Assembly (NCBI RefSeq): GCF_009914755.1
Contig: NC_060928.1
From: the human T2T-CHM13v2.0 reference genome, Homo sapiens
Direction: 5' to 3' (one strand)
DNA: 64,000 nt
Under the pieces are notes generated by a model that had not been told where the DNA came from, did no database searches, and saw only the letters and a list, made by a program, of their open reading frames with translations. Shown here piece by piece: positions 1 to 12,576 of the stretch (positions are counted from its first letter, which is position 1; every line of letters begins with the position of its first letter). Made by a program: the position numbers and the translations under genes.

Positions 1-460
1 CTGGAGAATTCAAGGCATTTCTCCAGCTAGTAACTCTCAGAGACCTCAGCATGACCCCTGAATGTCTGACAGAAAGTCACTCAAAGCATCAACAATTTCT
101 ACCAGAACCTCCTCTGTGAGAATAAATCAATAACTTTTGTTTCGCAGTGGCAATAGAGATTACATTTGCCATCCTGAGGAGAAGCCTGGGTAACTAGTGG
201 GGCAGCTCCTCAGCCTCACCCCTAGACACGGCCCTGCCCCTACAGAGCACTGGGTGGGTCCTCTCTACTAGGGATCTCTGCCACGGCTCATTCATTCTCA
301 CAAAGGATTTTGGAAGCCATAGATGTTGGAAAAAGAGCAGTAAGATGGATAGACCTGGTCCCTGTCTGAAAGGAAGAGACAGATAAGCCAAAATTACAAC
401 ACTGTGAGAAAATTACTGTGATGGGGAAGTGAGAGACGTATCCTAGCTTGGGAGCATCCA

Positions 461-487
461 GGGAGAGAGAGAGAGACAGAATGAGAA

Positions 488-520
<33 letters not shown>
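461..520. repeat. (GA)n microsatellite
   Basis: Directly visible GA-rich dinucleotide run. Confidence 0.9.
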
Positions 521-529
521 CTGAGATTG

Positions 530-1230
530 CCATTTGAGGCTTCAGTTCTCCTGTGAAGTGGCAGTCAAGCACATCTGCTGAGTAGGTGTAGGCCAGAAGT
601 TTAAGGAAAGTAAAGGAGGTTTGGAATAGCGTTGAGAAGGATGTGAGTGTTAATGTTGGCTAAGGAGACAATGATATCAACTCCACAGTGACTAGCACTT
701 AGTAGTCACTCAATAAATGTACATATACACAAATATACATAGAATGAATGAATAAATACATTTCAAATGGTATTGCTGTGATTATTAGTTGTAGACTCAT
801 TTGTATGATTTTATCTGATAGGAGTGAACCACTTAATTAGAGGGAGTGTCTAAAAAAGGCAGAGAGTTGGGATTTTGCCAGGCAGGGATGATGAAAGAAA
901 AGTAGGTGGGGATATTTAGGATGATACTTAAGTAATAGATTATGACGTTTACTGTGAAGAAGGAGGAAGTGAAAGCAAAAAGTTGTGAATGGAAAGGTCA
1001 ATGGACTGGCAGTCCTGGGAATGTTAGTGAACTGGCATGTGAAGGCATAAGCTAGAAGGGTTGGAAGTTGAAGTCCATGATGCGATGTCAGACTGTTATT
1101 CAGAAGGAAGAATTATCCCTTGTCATAGGTCTAGGTTGTCTATTGGAATGGAGGTAAATGAATTTGAAATGAGAAAGCCTAAGAATTGAGAAGTCAGCTT
1201 CTTGGATAGTCCATCCATAGATCTAGGGGT
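530..1230. mobile_element. Degenerate L2 LINE fragments
   Basis: L2-like 3' end at ~685-760 (agcacttagtagtcactcaataaatgt...gaatgaatgaataaat) within purine-rich L2-like sequence. Highly diverged, boundaries approximate. Confidence 0.4.
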
Positions 1231-1399
1231 ATACCAGATATTTTTTCCTCTTTGAGATCCTTCCCCTGGGCCCTATCCCACCACTACCCTACCATCCAGA
1301 CTCACTAAAAGTACCTGAATTCAGATGTGACAGCAAACTTAAGCACCTGAAGGGGCCATGGTATGGCTCAATGCCAGGTATTGAGCTATGAGACAGAGT

Positions 1400-1910
1400 T
1401 GTAGTGGACATTTTTGGTTTTATTTATTTTATCACCTGTCATTCATTCATTTTATGTTAACTGTACCTCTCTTGCCTTGTGGGGAAACCAATCCCATTTT
1501 TCAGTCTTGATCCATACATGCTCATGGAGTTGTCATCCCTCCATCTGGAATCTCCCTCTAGAAGTCTCCTGTGTCTGGGTCTAGCTAAAAGAAGATTTCA
1601 CTCAACTTGTCACAATGACTATTTCATCATCCAATTGGTGGCACCTGCAGGGACTGTTGTGCGGAAGCACTACATTTTCTGAACACTGAATCCTGGCAGG
1701 ATATGTCTTTCAATTTGCTATCAGTCATCCAGCCACTACCTAAGGACTAAGAATGAAGTCAGCACAGAAGAAAGAGCCAAAATGTGAAAATGAAACTAAA
1801 TTTTGATGACATCTATTGAAGCCCTGCATCAACACTGCTGCTGGAAGCAAACTCTGCTCCTAGATATTTCCGTTATATGAGTCAATACTTTCCCTTATAA
1901 TTGCCTACGA
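1400..1910 (+). mobile_element. Old ERVL-class solo LTR (LTR16/LTR33-like)
   Basis: Starts tgtagtggac and contains 'tgatgacatc..ttgaagccctgcatcaa' and 'ttatatgagtcaatactttccctt', typical of this LTR group. Confidence 0.55.
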
Positions 1911-3989
1911 TACAAGAATCTTCTCTATCACTGGCTCCATTGTCTGTGTTTATCCACTAAACATTTATTAGCTTTCCTGTACCTCAGTAGGTATAAATGG
2001 TACCTTTTTTGAAGAGTGGTAAAAATTAAATAAGATAATAAATGTAAAATCATAAATTTGCTCTACAGCAATGAAGTTCACAAAGAAGTCACCATTTACC
2101 AGGGTGGGAATAAAACCATTCAGTTATCATGGCAGCTCATTCTTCTATTTAGTGTAAAAAATTGTAAAACTTAACAAATTGCTTATAAAGGAGTCTTGGG
2201 TATTCAGTTCCTTATGGCTGTCTATAGGATGCCATGACTACATGGTCCACCCAAAGACAGGTGGCTCCACAGCCTCCATGCCATATATGGGCAGTGTCAT
2301 CTTTTAATGAATCAAGACTTCGTGCTTGATTTAGCTCTCAGCAAATACATTCACTCATCAAATCAACTCCAACTCTCTTCACATATAAACGTGCCAGTAA
2401 GAAACCTGTCACAATATTCTGTTTTTCAAATCCCTGATACCACTAATACCCTTCGGCAAGTCCCCTTCTTTCAACCTACCATATCCCCCCACATCATCCC
2501 CATTTTATACATACTTAGGTAAATAGTCATCTCCCAGAAAAATCTGGATAGAGTTGTAGAACCGAGGCCTAACAAGTTCAGTTTAGGCTAGGACATAAGC
2601 AATTAATAACTTCTGAGAACAGAAGCACAGAGTTTTGTTGAAGAGAGGAGGGCAAAATTACCTTCATTCTTTTGGGAGTAGACTTTGGCAAGGAGTAGGA
2701 GATAGCAATTAATAGCTTGATAAATTTTCCTGCCATAAATGTAAATTACCTGGCACAGAGTGTATAGGTAGAGCAGGAATACCTCATCCACTTATAGTCA
2801 GCCCAACCTCTTTCCCGCAGCAAAGCATTGCTATGCCTCCTAAATTTGTGTGATAATCAACCTCTTCCTAGGGCCTCAGATCCTGAGTCCAGAGAAAGGA
2901 ATGTGGAGGCAGCTACTTTAAGACCCTACACTGCCACTTGTCCTTTCTAGTGAAACTCAAACATGTTCTTGTTACCCTGGGAAATTTACAGCATAATTTG
3001 GGTTCTAGTTTTCAAGGGTATTGAAAAATCTAGATGAGAGATCAAGGAGTCCTTAACCTTGGACTCTGACCAAAATATTCAGATTCTGGCTAATTTCTCA
3101 ATTCTAGGTCCTGCCATGGGGGCTGCCTCCAGGAATCTGAGCCTCTTAGACCTAACCAAGCTCCAGGGAGAATTTTTTTTATCCTGTTTCTGGCCTCTGG
3201 GATGCTTATGCCTTCTCCATCCCTGAGGGCCAGCCCATTTATGCCTTTTGGCTGCTCTGATATTAGGCATATGGTAGAGCATTTGATGTTTTATAGCTCC
3301 AAGTAACACAGTTTCCCTTGTATTCAATGTCAATAGCACCTCCAGGAACATACTTCTTAAAATGTAAATTATGTCCTCTGAAGTTGTGCAATGCCTGAGT
3401 CCTAGGTGTGGGCAAAAGCATTTGAGCACATTTTAAAGAGAAATAATTCCTCATCTGCATTACCATTATCCAGCTAATGATCTTTGCAGAGCTAGAGCAG
3501 GGATTCCTTTCTAAATTGTGCCGCCACCTCGTTTTGGGCAGGTCACTTACTAGCCCCTGTTGTGTCTGCAATCCTGTTTACTTACCTCTTGTGCTATGTG
3601 TCTTTGACTTGCTATGTAAACCCAGGACAGTTACTCAGCTCTTTTAAGTTACTATCTCTTCCTCTGTGAGAAGTCTTTGGGCCGTGCATACATGGAAAAC
3701 CTCCCCTGACTAACACTTTTGTCTTAGTCTTTCTGTCTTTTGCATAACTAAGTCACACTAAATTCCCAGTTGTGAAGATTAGCTAAAATCATGAATGCAG
3801 TATATTATTAAGTACATTACTTAGAACAGAAATTAATATTATTCTTTGGGCTCTGTTTCTTGTATAAGCCTGGGCTCTTTGCAGAAGCTAAGGGTTGCTT
3901 CCCCATGACATTTTTCTAACAGGTAGGGCAAAGTGAAGAGATAAGTGTACAGCCAGGTTGAGCCACACTACCCTATCTTCTCCCATCTA

Positions 3990-4525
3990 GGCTTGAAGAT
4001 TGGTAGTGGTACATCAAGTGGGTCCAGTGGCACCTGTTCATCCTGTTCATGTCATCTTTCTTTCTTTGGTGGCTTCAATTCCTTTAATTTTTTTTTTTTT
4101 TTTGCCGTCAGCTGCTCCATTTGACCCTTCAATAGCTTTGACTCAGACACATACATGTGAATGAGAATAAGAATACATTTGGTACATTTGACTGCTTTTG
4201 CTCTAATGGCCTAAGTACCGGTCCAGATGAACCCAAACAACTGTCCTGTTGCATAGGTACAGGGACCACCTTTGATGCATAAACTGAGAGTCCCTGGAAG
4301 AGATCCACAAGGTACACAAAGATCACAAGGCAGACCATCAAACTGATTTTAAAAAACTGCACTGAAGCCAAGATCCTGCACATTATCATCAAGCATGGCT
4401 CACAGAAAGAAGGAACAATGACCACATTCGCCAAAAGGGTATCTCCATAGACAAGCTCTGTGAACACATCTGCCACCAAAACATTCTACGTTGCTCTGAT
4501 TAGCCTCAAGAAAGTGGGACCTAAG
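3990..4525 (+). mobile_element. Possible ancient RTE-clade LINE (L4-like) reverse-transcriptase C-terminal fragment
   Basis: Hand translation of the + strand gives GLKI, HIHVNENKNTFGTFDCFCSNG...QLSCCIG, PWKRS...KITRQTIKLILKNC...KILHI and AWLTERRNNDHIRQK. The order resembles RTE ORF2 thumb-region motifs. Contains stops and frameshifts. Confidence 0.3.
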
Positions 4526-4616
4526 TGGGGTATGGTTTGCTCTTGCTTTTCTCGTTCTTTAAGATGCATCATTAGGTTGTTTATTTGAATTTTTTCTTCT
4601 TTTTTTGATGTAGGCA

Positions 4617-4900
4617 CTCACGCCTGTAATCCCAGCACTTTGGGAGGCTGAGGCGGGCAGATCACCTAGGTCAGGAGTTTGAGACCAGCCTGGCCAACAT
4701 GGTGAAACTCCATCTCTACTAAAAATACAAAAGTTAGCCAGGCATGGCGGTGCACGCTTGTAATCCCAGCTACTCTGGAGGCTGAGGCAGGAGAATTGCT
4801 TGAACCTGCGAGGGAGGCGGAGGTTGCAGTGAACCAAGATTGTTCCACTGCACTCCAGCCTGGGTGGCAAGCAAAACTCAGTCTCAAAGAAAAAAAAAAA
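4617..4900 (+). mobile_element. AluS element, first ~15 nt missing, inserted in L1
   Basis: ctcacgcctgtaatcccagcactttgggagg...ccagcctggccaacatgg...poly(A). Confidence 0.95.
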
Positions 4901-6493
4901 GCTGTAAATTTCTCACTTAGTACTGCTTTTGCTATATCCCAAAGGTTTTGGTACATTACGTTTCCATTTTTATTTGTTTCAAGAATTTTTAAATTTCCTT
5001 TTTTTTTTTTTTTCATTGAGCCACTGGTCATTCAGAAACATACTGTTTCATTTCTGTGTGCTTATACAGTTTCCAGAATTCCTCATTATTGCTTTCCAGT
5101 TTTACTCCATTGTGGTCAGAGAAGATGTTTGATATTAAATTTTTTTGAATGTTCTAAGACTTGTTTTGTGACCTAACATATAGTCCATCCTTGAGAATAA
5201 TCTATGTGCTGAGGAGAAGAATGTGTATTCTGCAGCAATTGAATGAAATGTTCTGTAAAGATCTATTAGGTCCATTTGTTCTATAGTAGATTAAGTCCAA
5301 TGTTTCTCTGTTAATTTTCTGCCTGGGAGACCTGTCCAATGCTGAGGGTGGGGTGTCGAAGTCTCCAGCTATTATTGTATTGAGGTCTATCTCTCCCTTT
5401 AGCTCTAATAATATTTGCTTTATGTTTCTGGGTGATCCAGGGTTGGGTACATGCATATTTATAATCATTATATTCTCTTTCTGAATTCACCCCTTTATCA
5501 TTATTTAATGACCTTCTTTGTCTCTTCTTAACAGTGTTTGTCTTGAAATCTATTTTGTCTGATGTAAGTATAGCTACTCTTTGTCTTTGATGGTTTCTAA
5601 GGTTATGGAATATCTTCTTTCATCCCTTTATTTTCAGTCTTTATAGGTGAAGTGAGCTTCTTGTAGGCAACAAACAATTGCATTGTGTTTTTTCATCCAT
5701 TCATCTTTGCTATGTCTTTTTATTTGAGAATATAGTCAATTTACAATCAATGTTATTATTGATAAGTAGGGACTTATTTCTGCCATTTTGTTATTTGTTT
5801 TCTGTTTTTTTTTTTTTTGTGGTCATCTCATCATCTTTCTATTTGAGTCATTTACACACCACAATTCCACATTATAATCTTCTGTGTTTCTCTGTGTACT
5901 TACTATTACCAGTGAATTTTACATCTTCAGATGATTTCTTCTACTCATTAACATCGTTTTCTGTCAGATTGAAGAACTCTCTTTAGCATTTCTTGTAGGA
6001 CAGGTCTGGTGTTGATGAAATCCCTAAGCTTTTGTTTGCCTGGGAAAGTCTTTATTTCTCCTTCATGTTTGAAGGATATTTTCACTGGATATACTATTCT
6101 AGGGTAAAAGTTCTTTTCCTTCAGTACTTTAAATATGTCATGCAACTGTCTCCTGGCCTGTAAGGTTTCCACCAAAAAGTCTGCTGCTAGATATATTTGA
6201 GTACCATTTTATGTTAGTTGTTTCTTTTCTCTTGCTGCTTTTAGGATCATTTCTTTATCATTGATTATTTCAAGTTTCATTGTGAAACGCTTCAAGGCAT
6301 TTAATAATAAATCAGTCTTCCTTGGGTTAAATTTTCTTGGTGTACTATAACCTTCTTGTACTTGAATACTGATGTTTTTCTCCAGGTTTGGGACGTTCTC
6401 TGATACTATTCCTTTGAGTAAATTTTCAACCCCTATCTCTCTCTCTACCTCCACTTTAAGGCAAATACTCTCAGATTTGATTTTTTGAGGCTC

Positions 6494-6966
6494 TTTTCTT
6501 TTCTTTCGAGATAGGGTCTAGCTCTATTTATCAGGCTGGAGTGTAGTGGCAGGATCATGACTCACTGACTCACTGCAACCTCCGCCTCCCAGGCTCAAGA
6601 CATTCTCCCATCTTAGTCTCCTGAGTAGCTTGGGTTACAGACATGCATCACCACACCTGGCTAATTTTTGTGTAAATTTGTGTAATTTTTTTGTGTATAT
6701 ATATATATACACACATACACACAAATTTATATTTATATATATATGTGTGTGTATATATATACATACACACACACACACACACACAGACACACATACAAAA
6801 ATTAGCCAGGTGTGGTAATGCATGTCTGTAGAATATATATGTATATTCTATTTTTTTGGTAGAGATGGGGTTTTGTCATTTTGCCCAGTTGCCCAGGCTG
6901 GTCTTGAACTCCTGGGCTCAATAAATCTGTCCTCCTTGGCCTCCTAACATGCTAGGATTACAGGCA
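6494..6966 (-). mobile_element. AluJ-like element with expanded, rearranged central linker
   Basis: Both Alu arms on the minus strand separated by (TA)n/(CA)n sequence and an inverted copy of part of the Alu. Confidence 0.9.
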
Positions 6967-9951
6967 AAGATCTGTATTCAAGATTTAATTCTAGATTTTG
7001 TAGATATCCTTCATTATTTGTTTTTCTCTTTTGTCTCCTCTGAATATGTATTTTCCAATAGGCTTTCATCAAGTCCACTAGTTATTTCTTCTGCTTGCTC
7101 AATTCTGTTATTAATAGACTCTGATGCATTCTGTAGTATGCCAATTGCATTTTTCCACTCTAGAATTTCTGCTCAATTCTTTTTATTATCTCAATCTCTT
7201 TGTTAAATTTATCTGAAAGAATTCTGAATTCCTTTTTTGTGTTGTCTTGAATTTCTTTAAGTTTCCTCAAAATAGCTATTTTGAATTCTCTGTCTGAAAG
7301 ATCACATATCTCTATTTTTCCAATATTGGTCTCTGATGTTTTATTTAGTTCATTTGATGGGGTCACATTTTCTGGATGGTCTTGATGTTGTGGATATTCA
7401 CTGGTGCCTGGGTATTAAAGAGTTAGGTATTTATTTTAGTCTTCACAATCTGGGCTTGTTTATGCAAATCCTTCTTGGGAACATTTTCCAGGTATTCAAA
7501 GAGGCTTGGGCACCAAAGCCAATAACACTGGTTTTTTCAGATTCTTAGAGGTAGCACCTTGGTGATCTTGGATAAGATCTGGAAGAATTATCTGGATTGC
7601 CAGGCAGAAACTTTTTTTTTTCTCTTACTTTCTCCTAAACGAATGGAGTCTCTCTCTCTATGCTGAGTCACCTGGAACTGAGGGTGTGGTGATGCAAGCA
7701 CCCCTGTAGCCACCAGCACTGGGAATGTGCTGAGTCAGACCTGAAGCCAGCACAGCACTGGGTCTCACCCATTGCCTGTTGTAACCACTCCAGCTACCAT
7801 CTATTTTCACTCAAGGCCCTAGGCTCTACAATCAGCAGGTGGGGAAACCAGCCAGGTTTTTGTCTCCCATTTAGGGTGGCGAGTTCCCCCAAGCCCTGGG
7901 TGGGTCCAGGGATGCTGTCTGGGAGCCAGGGATTGGAGTAAAAAATCTTGGAAATTTACCGAATATTTTATTCTACTGCAACTAAGCTGGCACTGAAACA
8001 ACAATATAAAGCTCTTCCCACTTTTTTCTCTCTTTTCCATAGGCAGAGGAGCCTTTCCCTGTGGCCACCACTGCCTTCAGCCCATAAGGGAGTTTTTCCA
8101 GGCTACCTCCGATGATCACTTAAAGCTCAACAGCTCTTCATTCAGCTTGTGGTGAGTGTGCCAGGCCTGGGACCCCCACTTTAGGGCAGTGGGGCTCCTC
8201 TCTGGTCCAGGACAGGTCTAGAAATTCTGTCCAAGAGCTTAGGCCTGGACTCAAAGACCCCAAGAGCCTGCTTGTTTCTCTGTCCCACCATGGCCAAGCT
8301 GGTACCTAAGATGCAAGACAAAGTTCCCTTTACTTTTTTCTCTGCTTTTCTCAAACAGAAGGCGTCTCTGCCTGTAGCCACCACAGCTGGGAATGTGCTG
8401 GGTCACACCTCAATGCAGCATGTCTAAGAGCCCAAGGCCCACAGTATACTACCTGGGTATTACTTCTGCTTATTCAGGGCCCAAGGGTTCTTTAGACAGC
8501 AGGTAGTGAACCCTGCCAGGACTGGGTCCTTCTCTTCAAGGCAGAAGGTTCCCCTTTGGCTCAGGGTGTGTCTGGAAATGTCATCCAGGAGCTAAGGCCT
8601 GGAACAGGTATCTCATGACGCCGCACAATACCCTATCCTACTGTGGCTGAGATGGTATCCAAGATGTAAGCCCTCTTTGCTCTTCATTCTCCTCACCTTA
8701 AGAAGCAAGCTGAGCTGCCTTGGACTCTGGGGAGTGATGGCACAAGCACTGCTTTATCTATTCCATCTGGTGTCTCCCTAGGTCATGTGCAATCCTAATA
8801 CACTGACTCTGAGTCCAGTTCAGCACTAAGAGTTACCAAGAATTTCAGTCCTTGTGTCCTAGACTGCCTTTCAAGTTTACTTGGAACCCCAAAGCACTTC
8901 AGCCTGCTGTGGTGAGGCGTGCTGAGAAACTGAAGTTCAAGCTACTGGGCTGGGTGATTCTTTTCTGGCTAGGTGAGGTCCAAATGCTCCCTCTTGCATG
9001 GGGGCTGGCTGAGCCCAGCACGGCTTTGCTCTCTGCTGTGACAGGGCAGCACTGAATTCAATGTAAAGTCCTCCAGTTCTGTGCTCTCCCTCCCCAAGTG
9101 CACAGACTCTCTCCCAACAGCATGGCTGCTGCCAGGGGAAATATTAAGAATGGTGTAGGAGATTCAAGACTGTCTGTCTTACTTTCTTCAGTGACATGAA
9201 GTTAAAACCAGGTAGTCTCCTTTAGTGACATGAAGTTCAAACCAGCTGGTCTAATTGCTCACCTGATTTTTGATTCTTATGATGGTTCTTTTCTATGTGC
9301 AGATAGTTGTTAAAATTTGGTGTTATTGTCAGGATGAAGAGTGTAGACTTCTATTCCACAATCTTGCTCTACCCACTTCCTGCCCCCAGTTGAGATTCTT
9401 GCATTTTTGGGTTATAGTTGTATTAAATTTGAAAAAAATGTAGTTATTATTACATCAAATAATTTTGCTATCCTGTCTTCACCCTTCATGGGCTACAAGT
9501 TGAAGTATATTAGGTTGCTTGACATTTTCCCAGAGCTCACTTGTGCTCTGTTCATTGAAAATTGTTTCTAAAAATTGGAACCACTTAAAATTCTATCCAA
9601 ACAATTCTGTAATCAAAGAGAAGATTAAAAAACAAATGGAAGGATGTCAAGAAAATAATAATAACTCAGTATGTATCAGTCTATGGTCAGTACAAATTTA
9701 CTAAGAAGAAAATAGAATAAAAATAATGAGTTTTATTATATTGGGGTCAGAGAATGGCTTAGAGTTTTAAACTATTTGTATATTTTAGAACTTATTTAAT
9801 TTTCTGGCCTACAATACATGGAAAATTTAAAAAACATGTATGTACCATAGAAACTTGAACAATAGATAATATTGTTTCTTACATTTTATACTTTTCTGTA
9901 CTTAGAAACAGACTTACTTAATGTTCTTCTTTAGATTATCTGATTCCTCCC

Positions 9952-10281
9952 TATTAGTTTGTTTTCACACTGCTAATAAAGACATACCCGAGACTGTATA
10001 ATTTACAAAGGAAAGAGGTTTAATGGACTCACAGTTCCACAGGACTTGGGAGGCCTTACATGGCTGCACGTCTTACATGGCAGCAGGCAAGTGTGCATGT
10101 GAGTGGGAACTTCGCTTTATAAAACCATCGGATCTCTTATTAACTATCATGAGAACAGCATGGGAAAAACCCACCCCCATCATTCAATTACCTCCCACCA
10201 GGTATCTCCCATGATATGTGGTGATTATGGGAGCTACAATTCAAGATGAAATTTGGGTGGGGACACAGCCAAACCACATCA
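9952..10281 (-). mobile_element. THE1 (ERVL-MaLR) solo LTR
   Basis: tattagtttgttttcacactgctaataaagacatacccgagact...ggggacacagccaaaccacatca; similar to the THE1 LTRs at 22976-25238. Confidence 0.9.
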
Positions 10282-10867
10282 TACTTATTTTCCACAATAT
10301 GGTGTGTCATAAATTTCAAATATTATGTTAAAGTCTACTATTACTACTTATTTCTGTGGGTTTTTTATGTCCTATAGTTTCTTTTAAGTGTTTGTTATTC
10401 TACTTGGCATAGAAACATTCATATGATTTGTCTCTGTTTATTGTATCTGTGTTTATTTAGAAGCTATTCACCTTTGTCCTTTTATGCCTTGATATCGTAT
10501 ACTAACATACCACTTATCTCTACATGATATTTATGATATTTTGAAATTTTGTCTTCTTTTTCAAGGCTGCATATCACAAATAAATGTTATTTAGACATTT
10601 ATAGTTAACTGTATGCTTAGTTGGAATCAATGTCGACATCAGTTTTTATATGTTAAATCTTAAATTATGAGTTTCTCATTTTGATTCACATTTTATTTTG
10701 CTGTTTATCTTTCAAGATATATTTTTAAAAGATCTCACTAACACCATACTTTCTGCATTTGGAATATTTTATTGTTGCCTTTATACTTAAATGTTAGCCT
10801 GACTGAGTAAAGAATATTTGGGCCTCATCCTGTTTTCTTCACCACTTCATTCTTCATTATTCTATTG

Positions 10868-11074
10868 CAGGATTTATCAGTCTCAGAACTATTGGTATTT
10901 TGGTCTAGATAATTCTTTACTATGAGGGGCTATCCTGTGCATTACAAAATGTTTAGTAGCATCCCAGGCTTCTACCCATTAGATGTCAATGGCACCTAAC
11001 CCCAGTTGTGACAACCAAAATGTCCTTAGATGTTGCCAGCGCTCCTGAGTGAAGTGTCCCTGGTTAAACCAAAG
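10868..11074. mobile_element. MER20 (hAT-Charlie MITE)
   Basis: tcctgtgcattacaaaatgtttagtagcatccc...acccattagatg...ccagttgtgacaaccaaaatgtc is the MER20 signature. Confidence 0.85.
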
Positions 11075-11610
11075 CTCTATTACATAATGAAATCACGTGT
11101 GACTGATGAGGAACCTGAGGTCAAGCTGCTTTCTAATTTTTCTGCATTGACTATGATGTACATCCTTTTAATCGGTGTGGTGAAATCTTTCTTCATTCTT
11201 AAATTCTACTAGTTTAGACAGTATATGTCTCAGACATGGTGGAATTTTCCTGATTTTTTCCCTTACCTATGTGCTTTTTTGTTTCACAGATTTATATCTT
11301 TCTTTGATTTTTTTTCTTCTAGTAAATATTTAGATTAGTATTTTTTTCCTTTATGTTTTTTTCTGTTTTTTTTTTTTTTTTTTCTTGATAACATCAGTCA
11401 TGCCTATGTTGGACTTAAAATTACCTGACTTTCATAACTATACTTTTACCTCTATTGAAATTCATCTTTTATCTTCTTTCCTTTGATGTGTATTCCTGTG
11501 ATTTACAAAGCATATTCCTTGCTGAAATCCTAAGGTAGTCTGAACTCCTGGAATATAGTTACATATCTTAAATATCTAACTTTACAAGTATTACTTTAGT
11601 TAATTTAGTG

Positions 11611-11612
<2 letters not shown>

Positions 11613-11642
<30 letters not shown>
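11613..11642. repeat. (GT)n microsatellite
   Basis: Directly visible. Confidence 0.95.
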
Positions 11643-11644
<2 letters not shown>

Positions 11645-11739
11645 AAAAAGTTTAACAACTATAAACTTGGTTTTAGGTTATTGTTTTACATCTTTTATCT
11701 GCTGTATTTCCTGTAGGATATTTTTGAAAGTTAAAACAC

Positions 11740-12046
11740 ACCAGTTGCAGTGGCTTGCATCTATAACCCCATCACTTTTGGAAACCAAGGTGGGAGGATT
11801 GCTTGAGCCCAGGAGTTCAAGACCAGCCCTGGAAACATAGCAATACCCCATCTCTACAATTTTTTTTAAAAATCTGCCAGACAGGGTGGTGCACACCTGT
11901 AGTCCCAGCTACTCCGGAGGCTAGGGTGGGAGGATCACTTGAATCTGGTAGTTCTAGGCTGCAGTGAGCTATACTCATCTCCCACTGCACTAAAGTCTGG
12001 GCAGTGGAGACTTTAGAGAGAGAAAGACTCTGTCTTAAAAAAAAAA
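11740..12046 (+). mobile_element. AluJ element
   Basis: ggaggattgcttgagcccaggagttcaagaccagcc (J-type), diverged, ends in poly(A). Confidence 0.9.
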
Positions 12047-12165
12047 TGAAATCATCATTGAGAGAAGGAAAATTAGTATCTGTCCCAATCATCTTTCAAC
12101 TTTTATCTCCTTGTGTGGGATATAGCAATTCCCCCAGGATTTTTGTTTTTAAGTATTAGAAACTA

Positions 12166-12479
<314 letters not shown>

Positions 12480-12576
12480 CTAAAGAGTTGATATTAATAA
12501 ACTATTGAAAAAATTTTGCAGTACTTTACTTGATTATTGAAATAATATTGTCAACTTTTACAATCATAGAAATAAT

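Larger units (their letters stand above)
4530..9381 (-). mobile_element. Old L1 (L1MA/L1M-type): 5' UTR, ORF1 and endonuclease part of ORF2; 3' part missing
   Basis: ORF track shows L1 peptides NFYPRIVYPVKISFKHEGEIKTF, KEMILKAAREKKQLT and TIIAGDFDTP (endonuclease). L1-type 5' end near 9381. Interrupted by two Alus. Confidence 0.9.

Noticed and set aside
2330-2520. Second NUMT (C/A-rich, with a short ttagctctcag resemblance to 12S rRNA)
   Set aside because: The similarity does not extend and no mitochondrial peptide is recognisable.
4129-4479. 116 aa hydrophobic minus-strand ORF as a membrane-protein gene or processed pseudogene
   Set aside because: Non-ATG start, no protein family I can recognise, and no supported splice structure or TSD. 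The nearby T tract alone is insufficient.
9190-9246. Direct repeat agtgacatgaagtt(a/c)aaaccag
   Set aside because: Ordinary small tandem duplication within the L1 5' UTR.
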